From Tubiluchus corallicola (lineage: Eukaryota; Animalia; Priapulida), in NCBI GenBank assembly GCA_030141605.1, contig JAQGDQ010000315.1:212505-276504 (forward strand): a stretch of 64,000 bases of DNA, given 5' to 3'. Below the pieces are notes generated by a model that ran no database searches, was not told the origin of the DNA, and saw nothing but the letters and a program-made list of their open reading frames with translations. A program made the position numbers and the translations under genes. The first letter of the stretch is position 1, and every line of letters starts with the position of its first letter. Shown piece by piece: positions 40,357-52,651 of the stretch.

Positions 40357-40634
40357 TCTAAAACAAGGAATTTTACCAGAATTTAGAACAACATCGAAAT
40401 CCAATTCAGTGGTTAGATAGCCAAGAGGCATATGATATAACATTATATAGATAATTTAACAATTTACCTTGCAGATTACATATCTCGATTGGTGTGAAAC
40501 TATGATATACTCCACAAACAAACTAACATGTTAAATGATCTATATAACGTTATATTATATAACTTTTGGTTATCTAACTACTGAATTGTATTTCGATGTT
40601 GTTTCTAAATTCTGCTAAATTTCTTTGTTTTAGA

Positions 40635-40673
40635 TGCCTTGATAATGAACAGTTTGTTCGAAACCGGTCGGCA
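40635..40673 (+). ncRNA. Minimal type I hammerhead ribozyme motif, U3:A8 variant
   Basis: UGCC-UUGAUAA-U-GAAC aguuu GUUC-GAAA-C cg G-UC^-GGCA then AAUAAA: 4-bp stem I, stem II, palindromic ACCGGU stem III, GUC cleavage triplet. Confidence 0.78.
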
Positions 40674-41059
40674 ATAAATTTAATTTTGGTGTATTTTCTT
40701 ATTATTGGACATAGTTAACCAACTTATTAAGTAAGTTGTTATTGCTGACGAGTCGCAGTAGTGGCTGTTGCTGCATATAAGTGTCATTTGCATTAAGAAA
40801 GTTATTGCAATAGTTCATTAGCAACAATGACGTGTGCACTTTTACCACGAAGGCTGTTTTGTAAGAGCCGTGCGCGATTAACAGCACCTGTAATGCTTGA
40901 AGACTTTTATGACCGTTTACGCCTTCTTTAATGCTGACAAGAAGTATTTTCTCCGGGGAAGCTCATCAAAGCTGTGCTTTAACGACATGCTTGCACGCTG
41001 ATAAGGGCCTATCTTCACTAATGATGACGAAACTAGTTAGTGAATTTAAGCCCATTGTT

Positions 41060-41579
41060 AGCGCGTAGAGTCCTCTTCGCCGTCTTCTGCAATTCGGACC
41101 TCACGCGCAAATATTTCGCTTTTATTAAGGGATGGTGTGGAAATTGTAACTGTATATTTTTAGGTGCTGCCATCTATGAACTAATAATTTTACATTTTTA
41201 CTAGCCAAACTCACCCCTAGTATAATTGTACGGTATGCATGTTTTGCCTGTTTTACATCTCTCCCTATTTTACAGTAATGGTTTTTGTGAAGCCAAGTTT
41301 GCATAATTACCTATACCTATGTATACTGACTGGATTTACTTTCTAGTCACTGTCTCACTCTCAGTGCAGTGCAGCAGTCATGCTAATCATGTTACTTACT
41401 GTCTAACTCTCAGTGATCAGTGCAGGACACTCTTGTTCTCAGTGTTCAGTGTAGCAGTCATTCTACACATGTGTATGTAGTCTAATAAACGCTTTTCAGT
41501 TTTGTGCAAATATGTAGTATAGTGTTTTATTCGTTTTCTACAAAGTGATTCATGTACAACCTCAAACATGATTTTCACA
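41060..41579 (+). mobile_element. Possible 3' end of an LTR retrotransposon: PPT-like tract plus LTR (41136-41579)
   Basis: TGTGGAAAT...ATTTTCACA terminal inverted repeat (8/9), AATAAA at ~41484, preceded by AAGGGATGG; no matching TSD, as expected for a 3' LTR still attached to internal sequence. Confidence 0.45.
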
Positions 41580-43974
41580 ACTTTGATTAAATGTGATAAC
41601 TAATCTTCTTTTTTAAAATACGTATTTAGGCAAATATTTCGCTTTTATGAAGGGATGGATTGCATTGGGTGAATTGTGCCCGTTCAAGCTTACGTATATT
41701 TTATGGTTGTTGCTGCTGTGGTTGTTGTTTTTGTTATTGTTTATGTCGTTGTTTCTCTTCATTTTGTCGTTTACTGTCGTCGTTTGATTGTTTTTGTTGT
41801 CGCCGTCGTTGTCGCTGTTGCTGCCTGGTGAAATCATAAATAATACAAGCTCATCCTATCGTTGTTCTAAAAGTGACTAACGACATTATTCACTCTTTAA
41901 TGCGAGAACACAACACGATCTATTTGAACAACTTAGACGCTAAGAATAAATAACTCAGTAGCAAAGAGAACCTTGTAAAACAAGATTCTCTTTGCTTGAA
42001 TGAAAAATGGGTAGCTCAGTGTCACCTCTCCTATTCGGATTAAAATTTAATTCTAATGTCAACGTCATCGTACTCACTATCACTTTTCACAAATATTGTT
42101 GCTTACGAAAAACTCGTGATTTATACATGTACCCTGGGTGTGACTTCTCCAGCCGAAATCTATGGAAGCAGTGGAGTTTTGCATTTAATAATTGCCTTTG
42201 TTATTACCAATAATACTAGGCAGAATAATCCTCTAAAATTATATGTGACGACAACGATGATGATGATGATGATAAGTCTTCATTAGTCTCTTTTTGCATG
42301 CAAAAATTTCTGTACAAAAATTATGCAATTTTAGATAAAGTGTAATTCTACAATATTACATTTTACGCATTCTGTAATTAGCTTTTTAATTTGCGCGTAT
42401 AACATTATCTACAGTGGTGTTAAACAAGGAGCATTAAAGAGAGTGCTAAAATTAAGGTTATTAAAGAAGCAAGTTTCCTGTCTAGTAACATAAAAATGCA
42501 GTTAAATTAATTTACAAAATTATAAAATCCCCAATTCAATATTTAAGTCCACAAAGAGTTACAACCAATAATCTCAAAAACTGCACAAATTTAAGCCCAG
42601 TTTTACTCGAATTTAGCAGAAAGATCTTAAAATAAAGGCGTCCTTTACAAACCAATTTAGTGCCGATACCAAATTTACATTTTTGGTGCAAGACACAAGA
42701 TTATAGTTGCCATTACCCAGTTCATTTAGTAATACATTTCGCTTGTTTGCTGGCCTGTTTAGTAACACATTATATTTGTTCATTTCTTCTCATATCTTGT
42801 CGAGTCAATATGGAATTCCCTATCATTACATATATCGAACAGTTGATTTATAGTAAAGGATTTTTAGATTAATAAAGCTCAATGGAGAAACCTTTTGTAC
42901 GCTAACCAGGTAATCTATTTGTAACAGGACTGGAACTGTCAGAAATATGTTTATGATTACTGTTAAGATAGTGTTATGCGATTATCCATTTTTAAAGTAA
43001 ATCTCGTTATGTATTTCTTTGATTGCTTGTGTCTCACTACTTTGAACGTTTATTTATTTTCTTCAGTCCTTTGTATTTTCGATTTTAAAAGTTCACAAAC
43101 TAATAAATAAAAACAGTCAAGAATGGATTGAAATGTGGCCACAATAAAAGACATTAGTATTTCATTCAAGTAACATTTCTATTCACTTATAACTTGAGAA
43201 CAATAGTATGATTCACACATCACAAATTTCACAAATATAACGCGTTAGTTTAATGAATGTTTACTTACATATTACCAATTACATAAATAGCATAATTATC
43301 ACAAGTAGCACAATGCACTAAAGCACAATAATCACCTTATAAGGCACAATATAAATTCAATTTCGTGCACCATAATTTTAACTATAATTTAGTATTATCG
43401 GCTTTAATAGGGACTTGCTCTGTTAGCCAGTGAAAGCTGCGAGAGTCGTCGTCTTTGCTCAAGTCAACTTTTCCTTCATAAATTAATCTAAATAGTAGCC
43501 TTCATGCAATTAATAGTTGTACGGTCTGGAGCTACCTACATACAGACCTATTCTAAAAGCAAATTTAAGTTTAACATATAAGAATATATTATAAGATTGT
43601 AGTTAAAGGAAAAGTCATTAATTAGAAAAATACTAGAGAAAATCTATGGGCGATTATACGCATCGCATAAAATTAAAATAATTTCAGGAAATATATATGC
43701 AATTTCCCGACAACAAAAAATGGTTATCATTTGCTCACTGTAATGAATACCAAATTATTCCGGAAACGTTTAAACACCTTGGATTTAAATTAGAATTTGC
43801 ATTACGATAGGTACATATAAACAATTTGCATTGTTTAATATTACTTTAATTAGAATATTCTGAAATGTTGTGAATCACATTATAAGGTGCACTTAAGCAG
43901 TGCATCTCTGTGCGTCCATTCAGCACCCTATTGACTATTTTTATTATCATAAATTTAGTATTTTTATGAGTGTA

Positions 43975-44196
43975 ACTAAACTAAGCTAAACTAAACTAAG
44001 CTAAGCTAAGGTAAGCTAGCCTAAACTAAGCTAAGCTAAGCTAAGCTAAACTAAGCTAAGCTAAGCTAAGCTAAGCTAAGCTAAGCTAAGCTAAGCTAAG
44101 CTAAGCTAAGCTAAGCTAAGCTAAGCTAAGCTAAGCTAAGCTAAACTAAACTAAACTAAACTAAACTAAACTAAACTAAACTAAACTAAACTAAAC
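43975..44196. repeat. (CTAAG)n/(CTAAA)n pentanucleotide microsatellite
   Basis: Direct reading. Confidence 0.97.
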
Positions 44197-44833
44197 TTTG
44201 TTAAATCCAACTGAAATACAATTCAGTTTGGTTTACTTGTGGCTACTAAAAATTCAACAATATTGTAATTATGACAATTAACGGACGCATAAGTATATTT
44301 ATGTGTCAGTAGCAAAACATTGTTTAGCTTTCGGAAAGTGTCTTTTGTTATGTATAAAACACTTGACAGAGTGCAAACCCATGTATGATACTACGATTAA
44401 TAATTTTCAGTCACTGACGCACTCAGTATAGCTAAAGTAATTTTACCGCGTTTATCGGCAATTCTGCACATTTAACGACAGAATGGCGTGCAGAATACAA
44501 GTCCAGATTTAGTGGTCTGTCACGAATATTTATCACAGCATGGCTTCGTGTGACGAAGCCGGCTTTAATCATCTTCCTTTCATGCTTACCTTGCTTCTGA
44601 AACGCAAGGGTGTGAGTGGATTACAAATATTTCGTGAATGTCCTGTTTCTACTTGCAACTGATGGAATAAAGCAATATCGTTCTTGTTTATTGCTATTTT
44701 TTGAACATGTCGTTTTTCCGCATCTATCACTTTCAGAGTTTCTGCAGAAAGAGTGGAATTTCAAGTGAACGATGTGGACCTAGGTGGTACTTTACAATGT
44801 GGTTTTTGTTGAATGATGAATTTGTGCGAAGGA

Positions 44834-45030
44834 GTTTACAATTTCACACACAAATTATATATCGTAACCCTTACCCTCAACCTAATTCTAACCCTAACTT
44901 TAACCCTAAACTGGTCCTAACCATAACCCACTCTACCCCTAAACTACCCAAACGCTAACCCTAACCCTACCACAAACCCTAATCCTAATCTGCCGCAGGA
45001 ACTAATTTCTTGTGCGTGGGGAATTGTAAA
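44834..45030. mobile_element. Small element with degenerate (TAACCC)n core between imperfect inverted repeats
   Basis: TTTACAATTTCACACACAA (44834-44852) and TTGTGCGTGGGGAATTGTAAA (45010-45030) flank telomere-like repeats. Confidence 0.5.
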
Positions 45031-45043
45031 GTTTAGTCAATTT

Positions 45044-45700
45044 GTGATTAGCGGATTAACTTTTGCAGATAATACTGTATTATTTTCAGAGAGGGAAAGT
45101 CATACGGGTCATTTATTGAAAATAGTCGAAAGTCTCGGTGATGTACGTGGTCTGAAAATGAGTACTAAAAGATGTGCATCTGTTTTATTGTCAGGTGGCA
45201 ATATTATTAATCGAAAATGTTTTAAACTGACTGGTATTGAGATTAAACAATCTACAAGTGAAAAATATTTGGCTATGTTGTTCAGAGAAGTAGAAAATCA
45301 AAACAGTTGGTGTGAGAGAATTCGTGGCTTACGAAAAGTGGTGGGTCTTTAAAATTTACAGCAACGTCATCTGATGCTCGAAGAATGAAGAACTGGATGG
45401 AAGTCATTAATAGTTCCAAAAATAATGTTTGGATGTGCTGGGAGTGTGTTTTACCGAAAAGAGATTAATTTTTATGAAAGTATGCAAGGTATTTCTTTCG
45501 TTGGTTATGGAAGACAAAAGATTATTGTGGACCGGCTGTGAGAAGTGAATCTGATTTTTCTTCTTTTCTGGAAAGAGAAGCAAAAGTGCATCTTGAGTAT
45601 TTAAATAGGATCATATTCAAGAGTGAAAACAGACTATTAAAACAGTTGGTTGTGCTTTTTGTGGTGTGTTGAAAGAATTCGTTCAAGATTAGCAAATCAA
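45044..45700 (+). mobile_element. Decayed non-LTR RT fragment (RTE-X-like)
   Basis: GLTFADNTVLFS (FADD), GLKMSTKRC, EKYLA, then WKSLIVPKIMFGC and REAKVHLEYLNRI, with stops and frameshifts. Confidence 0.75.
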
Positions 45701-45886
45701 ATAACCTTTTTACAGATCAACGTAGTTTAGAAATTATTGGCAAAATATTAGCGGTTGGAGTTCTATCTAAGCAAGGTCTTAGTTAATTAGCAGACATAAA
45801 TGCTAGATGGTGACGTTTTACTGGAGCAATACTGATTATTGTTTCAGCTGAATGATAGCTTTTTTGGCAATCTTGGTCAGAGGCAT

Positions 45887-46030
45887 TGAACCTAAACGTG
45901 AACTTGAACCTGAAGTTGAACCTGAAGTTTAACCTGAACCTGAACCAGAACTTGAACCTGAACTTCAACCTAAACCTGAACCTGAACATGAGCCTGAACC
46001 TGAACCTGAACCTAAAGTTGAACCTGAACG
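45887..46030. repeat. (AACCTG)n hexanucleotide microsatellite
   Basis: Direct reading. Confidence 0.95.
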
Positions 46031-47085
46031 TGACAAAAGTAACTAATGACGCTGAGTCATTAGACCTTTTTGTTCTATACTGAGATATAAAGTCAATTTC
46101 TATCAGCTAAAGAAAAATCCCAAAAACGCTTTGCGTATTACCATAGGTGTTAAAATGTATATTTTACCGCACTTCAGAATAGTGTAGAATATGAAAAATA
46201 TTCTTTTTTCTTTTAATGGGCGCTCGTTCTGTTGAAAATCTTTAAGCTGTTGCTTCGTTACAAAGTTAAACAGCGCTTAAGTGTATCCTCGTACGAACAT
46301 CACTAATCTTATTTTTTGTAAAACAAAAGCACAGTGTTACATTGCTCAATTTACTCGTGCCAATGCGGCGGCTCATACTAATGTAACGGAAGCCAGTGTG
46401 GCCTAGTTATAATGCCATGGCTTGCCGACCTGCACAGATTCCTGCCCTGATTGCAATAATTACGAGTACACACGACCTGAATGATTAGTGTTTATACAAT
46501 ACTTCACCTGATTCAGTGCAAACAGGTAGCATAATTGAGACATCCTACCAACATTTGAACAGCTTCCATGCTATCTGGTGCGCATAACTGCTTATTTTAA
46601 TAGTTTCTTACACATTTTTAAGTGAAAATCGGCTTACGTAACCACTTTATGATTACCACAAGTTGTATGTCTACTTGTAGAAACATAGTTCATAATGAAA
46701 AGATGCTTTTATATTTAATTACAAATAGCAGAGAATATTAGCCCACAGTGGAAAAGTAGGCCTAAGTGCAACGTTGTGACCGCAACGTTTTCATATTGGC
46801 ACGAGAAAATATTGTTCTGACGCTGAAGTAGTTATTAAATATTGAAAAGGTTTTGATTTCGGCACGTGTAAAGAAAAGCATCTTCAGATATAGAAATTTT
46901 GCGAACTAAATTTTTCTTTATTGTGTACAGGAAATTGTAGTACCGTATGGTTAGTTCAAGCAAACTCTGGTGCCGAACAGTGGTTACATATCTATGTTTT
47001 GTTTACTTGAATTAACTGTACGCAGTGACGTAAAAAAACTTGCTTTTATAAGTTCCTAAATTGATCTGCACTGGGAGCTTGTCTG

Positions 47086-49152
47086 GTGCTTCCTGTATTC
47101 AGGATATCTACCGTCTGAACAGAAAGCCTACATTTGCTGCTTGCTGTATTCTGGATATCTACCGTCTGAACAGAATGCCTACATTTGCTGCTTGCTGTAT
47201 TCAGGATATCTACCATCTGAACAGAAAACCCACATTTGCTGCTTGCTGTATTCAGGATATCTACCGTCTGAACAGAAAACCTACATCAGCTGCTTGCTGT
47301 ATTCAGGATATCTACCATCTGAACAGAAAACCCACATTTGCTGCTTGCTGTATTCAGGATATCTACCGTCTGAACAGAAAGCCTACATCAGCTACTTGTT
47401 GTATTCAGGATATCTACCGTCTGAACAGAAAGCCTACATCTGCTGCTTGCTGTATTCAGGATATCTACCGTCTGAACAGAAAGCCTACATTTGCTGCTTG
47501 CTGTATTCAGGATATCTACCGTCTGAACAGAAAGCCTACATTTGCTGCTTGCTGTATTCAGGATATCTACCGTCTGAACAGAAAGCCTACATTTGCTGCT
47601 TGCTGTATTCAGGATATCTACCGTCTGAACAGAAAGCCTACATTTGCTGCTTGCTGTATTCAGGATATCTACCGTCTGAACAGAAAGCCTACATTTGCTG
47701 CTTGCTGTATTCAGGATATCTACCGTCTGAACAGAAAGCCTACATTTGCTGCTTGCTGTATTCAGGATATCTACCGTCTGAACAGAAAGCCTACATTTGC
47801 TGCTTGCTGTATTCAGGATATCTACCATCTGAACAGAAAGCCTACATTTGCTGCTTGCTGTATCCAGGATATCTACCGTCTGAACAGAAAGCCTATATCA
47901 GCTGCTTGCTGTATTCAGGATATCTACCGTCTGAACAGAAAACCTACATCAGATGCTTGTTGTATTCAGGATATCTACCATCTGAACAGAAAGCCTACAT
48001 TTGCTGCTTCCTGTATTCAGGATATCTACCGTCTGAACAGAAAGCCTACATCTGCTGCTTGCTGTATTCAGTATATCTACCGTCTGAACAGAAAGCCCAC
48101 ATCTGCTGCTTGCTGTATTCAGTATATCTACCATCTGAACAGAAAACCTGCATCTGCTGCTTGCTGTATTCAGTATATCTACCATCTGAACAGAAAGCCT
48201 ACATCTGCTGCTTGCTGTATTCAGGATATCTACCATCTGAACAGAAAGCCTACATTTGCTGCTTGCTGTATTCAGGATATCTACCATCTGAACAGAAAAC
48301 CTACATCTGCTGCTTGCTGTATTCAGGATATCTACCATCTGAACAGAAAACCTACATCTGCTGCTTGCTGTATTCAGGATATCTACCATCTGAACAGAAA
48401 GCCTACATCTGCTGCTTGCTGTATTCAGGATATCTACCATCTGAACAGAAAACCTACATCAGCTGCTTGCTGTATTCAGGATATCTACCGTCTGAACAGA
48501 AAGCCTATATCAGCTGCTTGCTGTATTCAGGATATCTATCATCTGAACAGAAAGCCTACATTTGCTGCTTCCTGTATTCAGGATATCTACCGTCTGAACA
48601 GAAAACCTACATCAGATGCTTGTTGTATTCAGGATATCTACCATCTGAACAGAAAGCCTACATTTGCTGCTTCCTGTATTCAGGATATCTACCGTCTGAA
48701 CAGAAAGCCTACATCTGCTGCTTGCTGTATTCAGTATATCTACCGTCTGAACAGAAAGCCTACATTTGCTGCTTGCTGTATTCAGGATATCTACCGTCTG
48801 AACAGAAAGCCTACATCAGCTGCTTGCTGTATCCAGGATATCTACCATCTGAACAGAAAGCCTACATCTGCTGCTTGCTGTATTCAGGATATCTACCATC
48901 TGAACAGAAAACCTACATCTGCTGCTTCCTGTATCCAGGATATCTACCATCTGAACAGAAAACCTACATCTGCTGCTTCCTGTATCCAGGATATCTACCA
49001 TCTGAACAGAAAACCTACATTTGCTGCTTGCTGTATTCAGGATATCTACCATCTGAACAGAAAACCTACATCAGCTGCTTGCTGTATTCAGGATATCTAC
49101 CATCTGAACAGAAAGCCTACATTTGCTGCTTGCTGTATTCAGGATATCTACA
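47086..49152. repeat. 51-bp minisatellite array (~40 copies), unit GCTGCTTGCTGTATTCAGGATATCTACCGTCTGAACAGAAAGCCTACATTT
   Basis: 17-codon period visible in the ORF track; internal bulged inverted repeat CTGT(A)TTCAG..CTGAACAG. Confidence 0.98.
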
Positions 49153-49652
49153 TATAAAACTTTTCAACGTTAAAGACTTGGTGCATAGATACTAACAACA
49201 AATTAATCTGTTGCTTCTTTTTACATTTAATTATAATATCAACAAAATTATATAATAACTGAGTGCATACTGTTAAAACATTGAGAACTACCATAAAATC
49301 AGTTACGTGGGTACACTAAGTAAAAGAGCAATATTTTTGCTCATGCTAACTAGTTAAAGATTTGTACAAAACCTCTGTGCAGCAATTGTTACAGTCCAAA
49401 CAAGGAAATTTATGATGACAAATGTGTCACATTACTGAACCTCGACGGTTGTTATTCGCCATAAATGAGCTAAAAGCAAGACATATATGACACCCTGACC
49501 ATATATTCAATCAACTGTGTGCTATAGAATAGTTTTATTCGTATCCAACCTTTCCGGTTTTTCCGTTTCACCTCTCTTTATGTGAACATAAATCTGTCCG
49601 CCTGCCTTTCTCGCCTTTCACGAGCTACATTTTATTTTTGCCAAGTTCTTAA

Positions 49653-50268
49653 AGGAAGACTGGATGATTTTCTGTATAGTCCCCATTTTCAAGTCCGACA
49701 AAGAGTACACATTTTAACACAATTTATACCGCAAAAGCGTTTCTGATAATTAAATAATAGATTAAAAACTTAATTAACGGCGGCGAGCCCAAATATCGAT
49801 GACATCACAAACTAACATAATTTTCAACAGCAAAAATATTCCACGAGCGTGTTGCATGAGTTTGCGAAAGCGAAAATTGAAGTACGGTGCTACTGTAAGA
49901 TATTCAATGTGTTGTACTAAAACTAGGCAAGTTTTAAGATAAAATTTCGAATTTCAAATTTACCACTGTGCTCACGCATGAGCTGTCAAACATGTGCAGT
50001 TTGTCACAAACTAACACATTTGAACTGAGAGGTACAGTACCTGTTTTTGTGCAATGCGTTTCCGAAATGCAGACGCTAGTGTCCGTCTAACTAGCGAATG
50101 GCGAAATGCACGTAACAGCGAAGAACTAGTGGCGCGAATGCGAAATTGTGTTTGTGTGGTAATAATTCTTTCAAGTAAATCATTTTTGAAAAAATAGCAT
50201 GTTTCCATTCAATATTTTAAAGAGTAGATAGTTTTGACCTACAGTTTAAGATTGGGTCCGATTTTGCT
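49653..50268 (+). mobile_element. Kolobok-like non-autonomous element (family B)
   Basis: TTAA-AGGAAGAC...GATTTTGCT-TTAA; TTAA flanks with AG..CT termini and short imperfect TIRs are Kolobok-like. Confidence 0.8.
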
Positions 50269-50409
50269 TTAAAGTATGCAGCATGCGCTCTGCTGTTGTT
50301 TCAGCTAGTTCGTGATATAGTTTGCCAACATGCCTTTAACATTAATGATCTCTTTTATAATTTATATGCAGATACGTTGAAATTGCCGTAGTTCCTCGTA
50401 ATAATTTAA

Positions 50410-50995
50410 AGCAAAACTGAACCCAATCTTAAACTGTCGGTCAAAACAATCTACTCTTTAAAATATTGAACGGAAACATACTATTTTTTGAAAAATGATT
50501 TACATGAAAGAATTGTTACCACACTAACACAATTTGGCGTTTGCATTTGCTACTTAGACGGGCACTAGCGCCTGCATTTCGGAAATGCATTTCACAAAAA
50601 ACAGGTGCTGTACCTCTCAGTTCAGATGTGTTAGTTTCTGACGAACTACACACATTTGACAACTCATGCGTGAGCACAGCGTTATATTGAAATTTGAATT
50701 TTTATCTTAACACTTGCCTGGTTTTAGTACAACACGCTGAATATTTTACAGTAGCCCTGTACCTCAATTTTCGTTTTCGCAAACACGTGCAACACGCTCG
50801 TTTAATGCTTTTACTGTTGAAAATTATGTTAGTTTGTGATGTCATGAACGGTTGAACTCGCCCGCCATTAATTAAGTTTTTAATCTATTATTTAATTATT
50901 AGAAACGCTTTTGCAGTATTAATTTTGTTAAAATGTATACTTTTATCGGACTTGAAAATGGGGCTTGAAAATGCGAAAAAACATCCTGTCTTCTT
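50410..50995 (-). mobile_element. Family B copy, inverted relative to 49653-50268
   Basis: Reverse-complement colinearity across the whole length. Confidence 0.8.
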
Positions 50996-52651
50996 TTATA
51001 CTTTTGTATTATCGAAAGTTGTCTCGACGAAGCAAACATTTCCGCGATCTGAAAAGCATTTCAAGCAATTTGAAACAAGTTTGAGCCAAACTTATTGTAC
51101 GTATTATATGTACTAATCATATATTGAAGAAAGCTAATATTGCACATTTTGATTTATGAAAAACAAAACCTTCATTTTCCACAATGAATAGAGTTTATTT
51201 CACAGATGTACTCATACGCGAAACGGCTAAGCTTTCTGGAATCACATTCCATGCTGAAATGCAAGCTGTCATTGTCTCGCTGCCTTTCTGACTAAATTAA
51301 CTTTCGTGAACAAAAGAAGATCGTCTGAAGAACATGACTCGTTTTATAACAATTCTACTCTTCGTTGAAATAGAACTTGTGTGTGTAACAGAAATTATTA
51401 CCTGTGCCAACGGTAGTCGGTTCGTGGGCGGGGTATTTGCTCGCGTCTGTGTGTGCGTGCAGAAAATTTAGACCAGCTCTGCTAAGTTGGCTTAAAAGCT
51501 GAACTGGCAAAGCGGGTGCCCTGATGCATAAGATTCTGGATTCAAATTTTGGTTTGGTAGTACAATAACAAAGCGAGCATTTTAATACTGTAAACGCTTT
51601 GCGTAGTCAGCTTGCCTGTTTGCACTTGTATCTTATGGACGTACGCCACGTGTAAAGAGCAATTTCCTGTGAACGTTCTGCAGGCTAACTTAAGAGTTAG
51701 GAGTCACTGACCTTGTCCCCGGAAGTATGCTAGAAGCTGTTACTCTAGCCAATCAGATGTGTATTGAGATGTATCTTATATTACTGCGCCTAAAGGAATG
51801 TCAACAGCAACTTAAAAGTAGTGCCTGTCTCCATGGTGACAGGTTCGCAGATGACGTTACTATGGTGAGAGGTCAGCAGAGGCTCGTTGCTAGGTGTTCC
51901 TAAGTATAAATATTTTTAGATGTATGACATATGTTAACATAAGTTTAGCCTCAGAATTGGGGCATATTCGGACCAGACTCAAGTGCTTTGCTATAGTTTC
52001 TGCGCCAGGAGCTTCTCTACCCTCTTAGACTTATTGTGGATTTTTATCAGTGTACTTTATGTTCAGTATACTATACGATCACATATGCTAAACAATGCTT
52101 CATGTTTTGTACATACATCGTCACGCTAAGAAGACAACCTCAAGACACGTTCATTATTACTAATGCCGAGTAACGAAATTTCCTTCATTATTACTGCATT
52201 TTTTCTATGCCTTCTTCAATTACAGGTAAGAGATCATAAGCATGAGAAGATGATGTCGATATCTCATGGTTCTCTATGACGTAGCTCTATGAGTTCGTGA
52301 GTTCATTATGAGATCACACATGAGTTCACTGTGACATCAGATTCTTGACTGGAATATGTGTATGACTGTGTCAATGTGTGATTGTCTGCAAATTTAAATA
52401 GATGAAGCTAAAATTATCAAACTTGGTACAGGAATAAGTATGGGCAAAACCCAGAAGCCCAATGCTTTTGGTAGTAAAGGACTAAAGGTCAAAAATGCAA
52501 CCAACTTGAAAAGCGCCATATTGCTTATACCTCTACCAAGGCTACAAATTAAGCTTGTAATAACGTTCAATGAAAATAGTCTCTAGTTTTGCCCACAATA
52601 ACTTAATAAGAACGCTTGCTTTTGCATCACCTCTAATGAATGCCTTTTAAC

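Larger units (their letters stand above)
40265..40693. mobile_element. Penelope-like inverted pLTR-type pair (arms ~40298-40461 and ~40529-40693)
   Basis: Arms are diverged reverse complements; each ends in a minimal hammerhead followed by (A/T)ATAAA; a third copy lies at 62989-63200. Confidence 0.75.

Noticed and set aside
41012-41046. TTCAC-TAATGATGAC-GAAACTAGTTA-GTGAA hammerhead-like remnant
   Set aside because: G5 is missing and there is no stem II; cannot be supported beyond resemblance.
46385-46450. tRNA/SINE-like heads here and at ~51480-51555 (+) and ~58830-58900 (-)
   Set aside because: Only partial A or B boxes and no cloverleaf; too decayed to call.
52330-52530. Relics of a widespread AAACTTGGTACA...AAAGGTCAA interspersed repeat (similar relics at 55.2-55.96 kb)
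   Set aside because: Resemblance only; no boundaries or second clear copy in the window.
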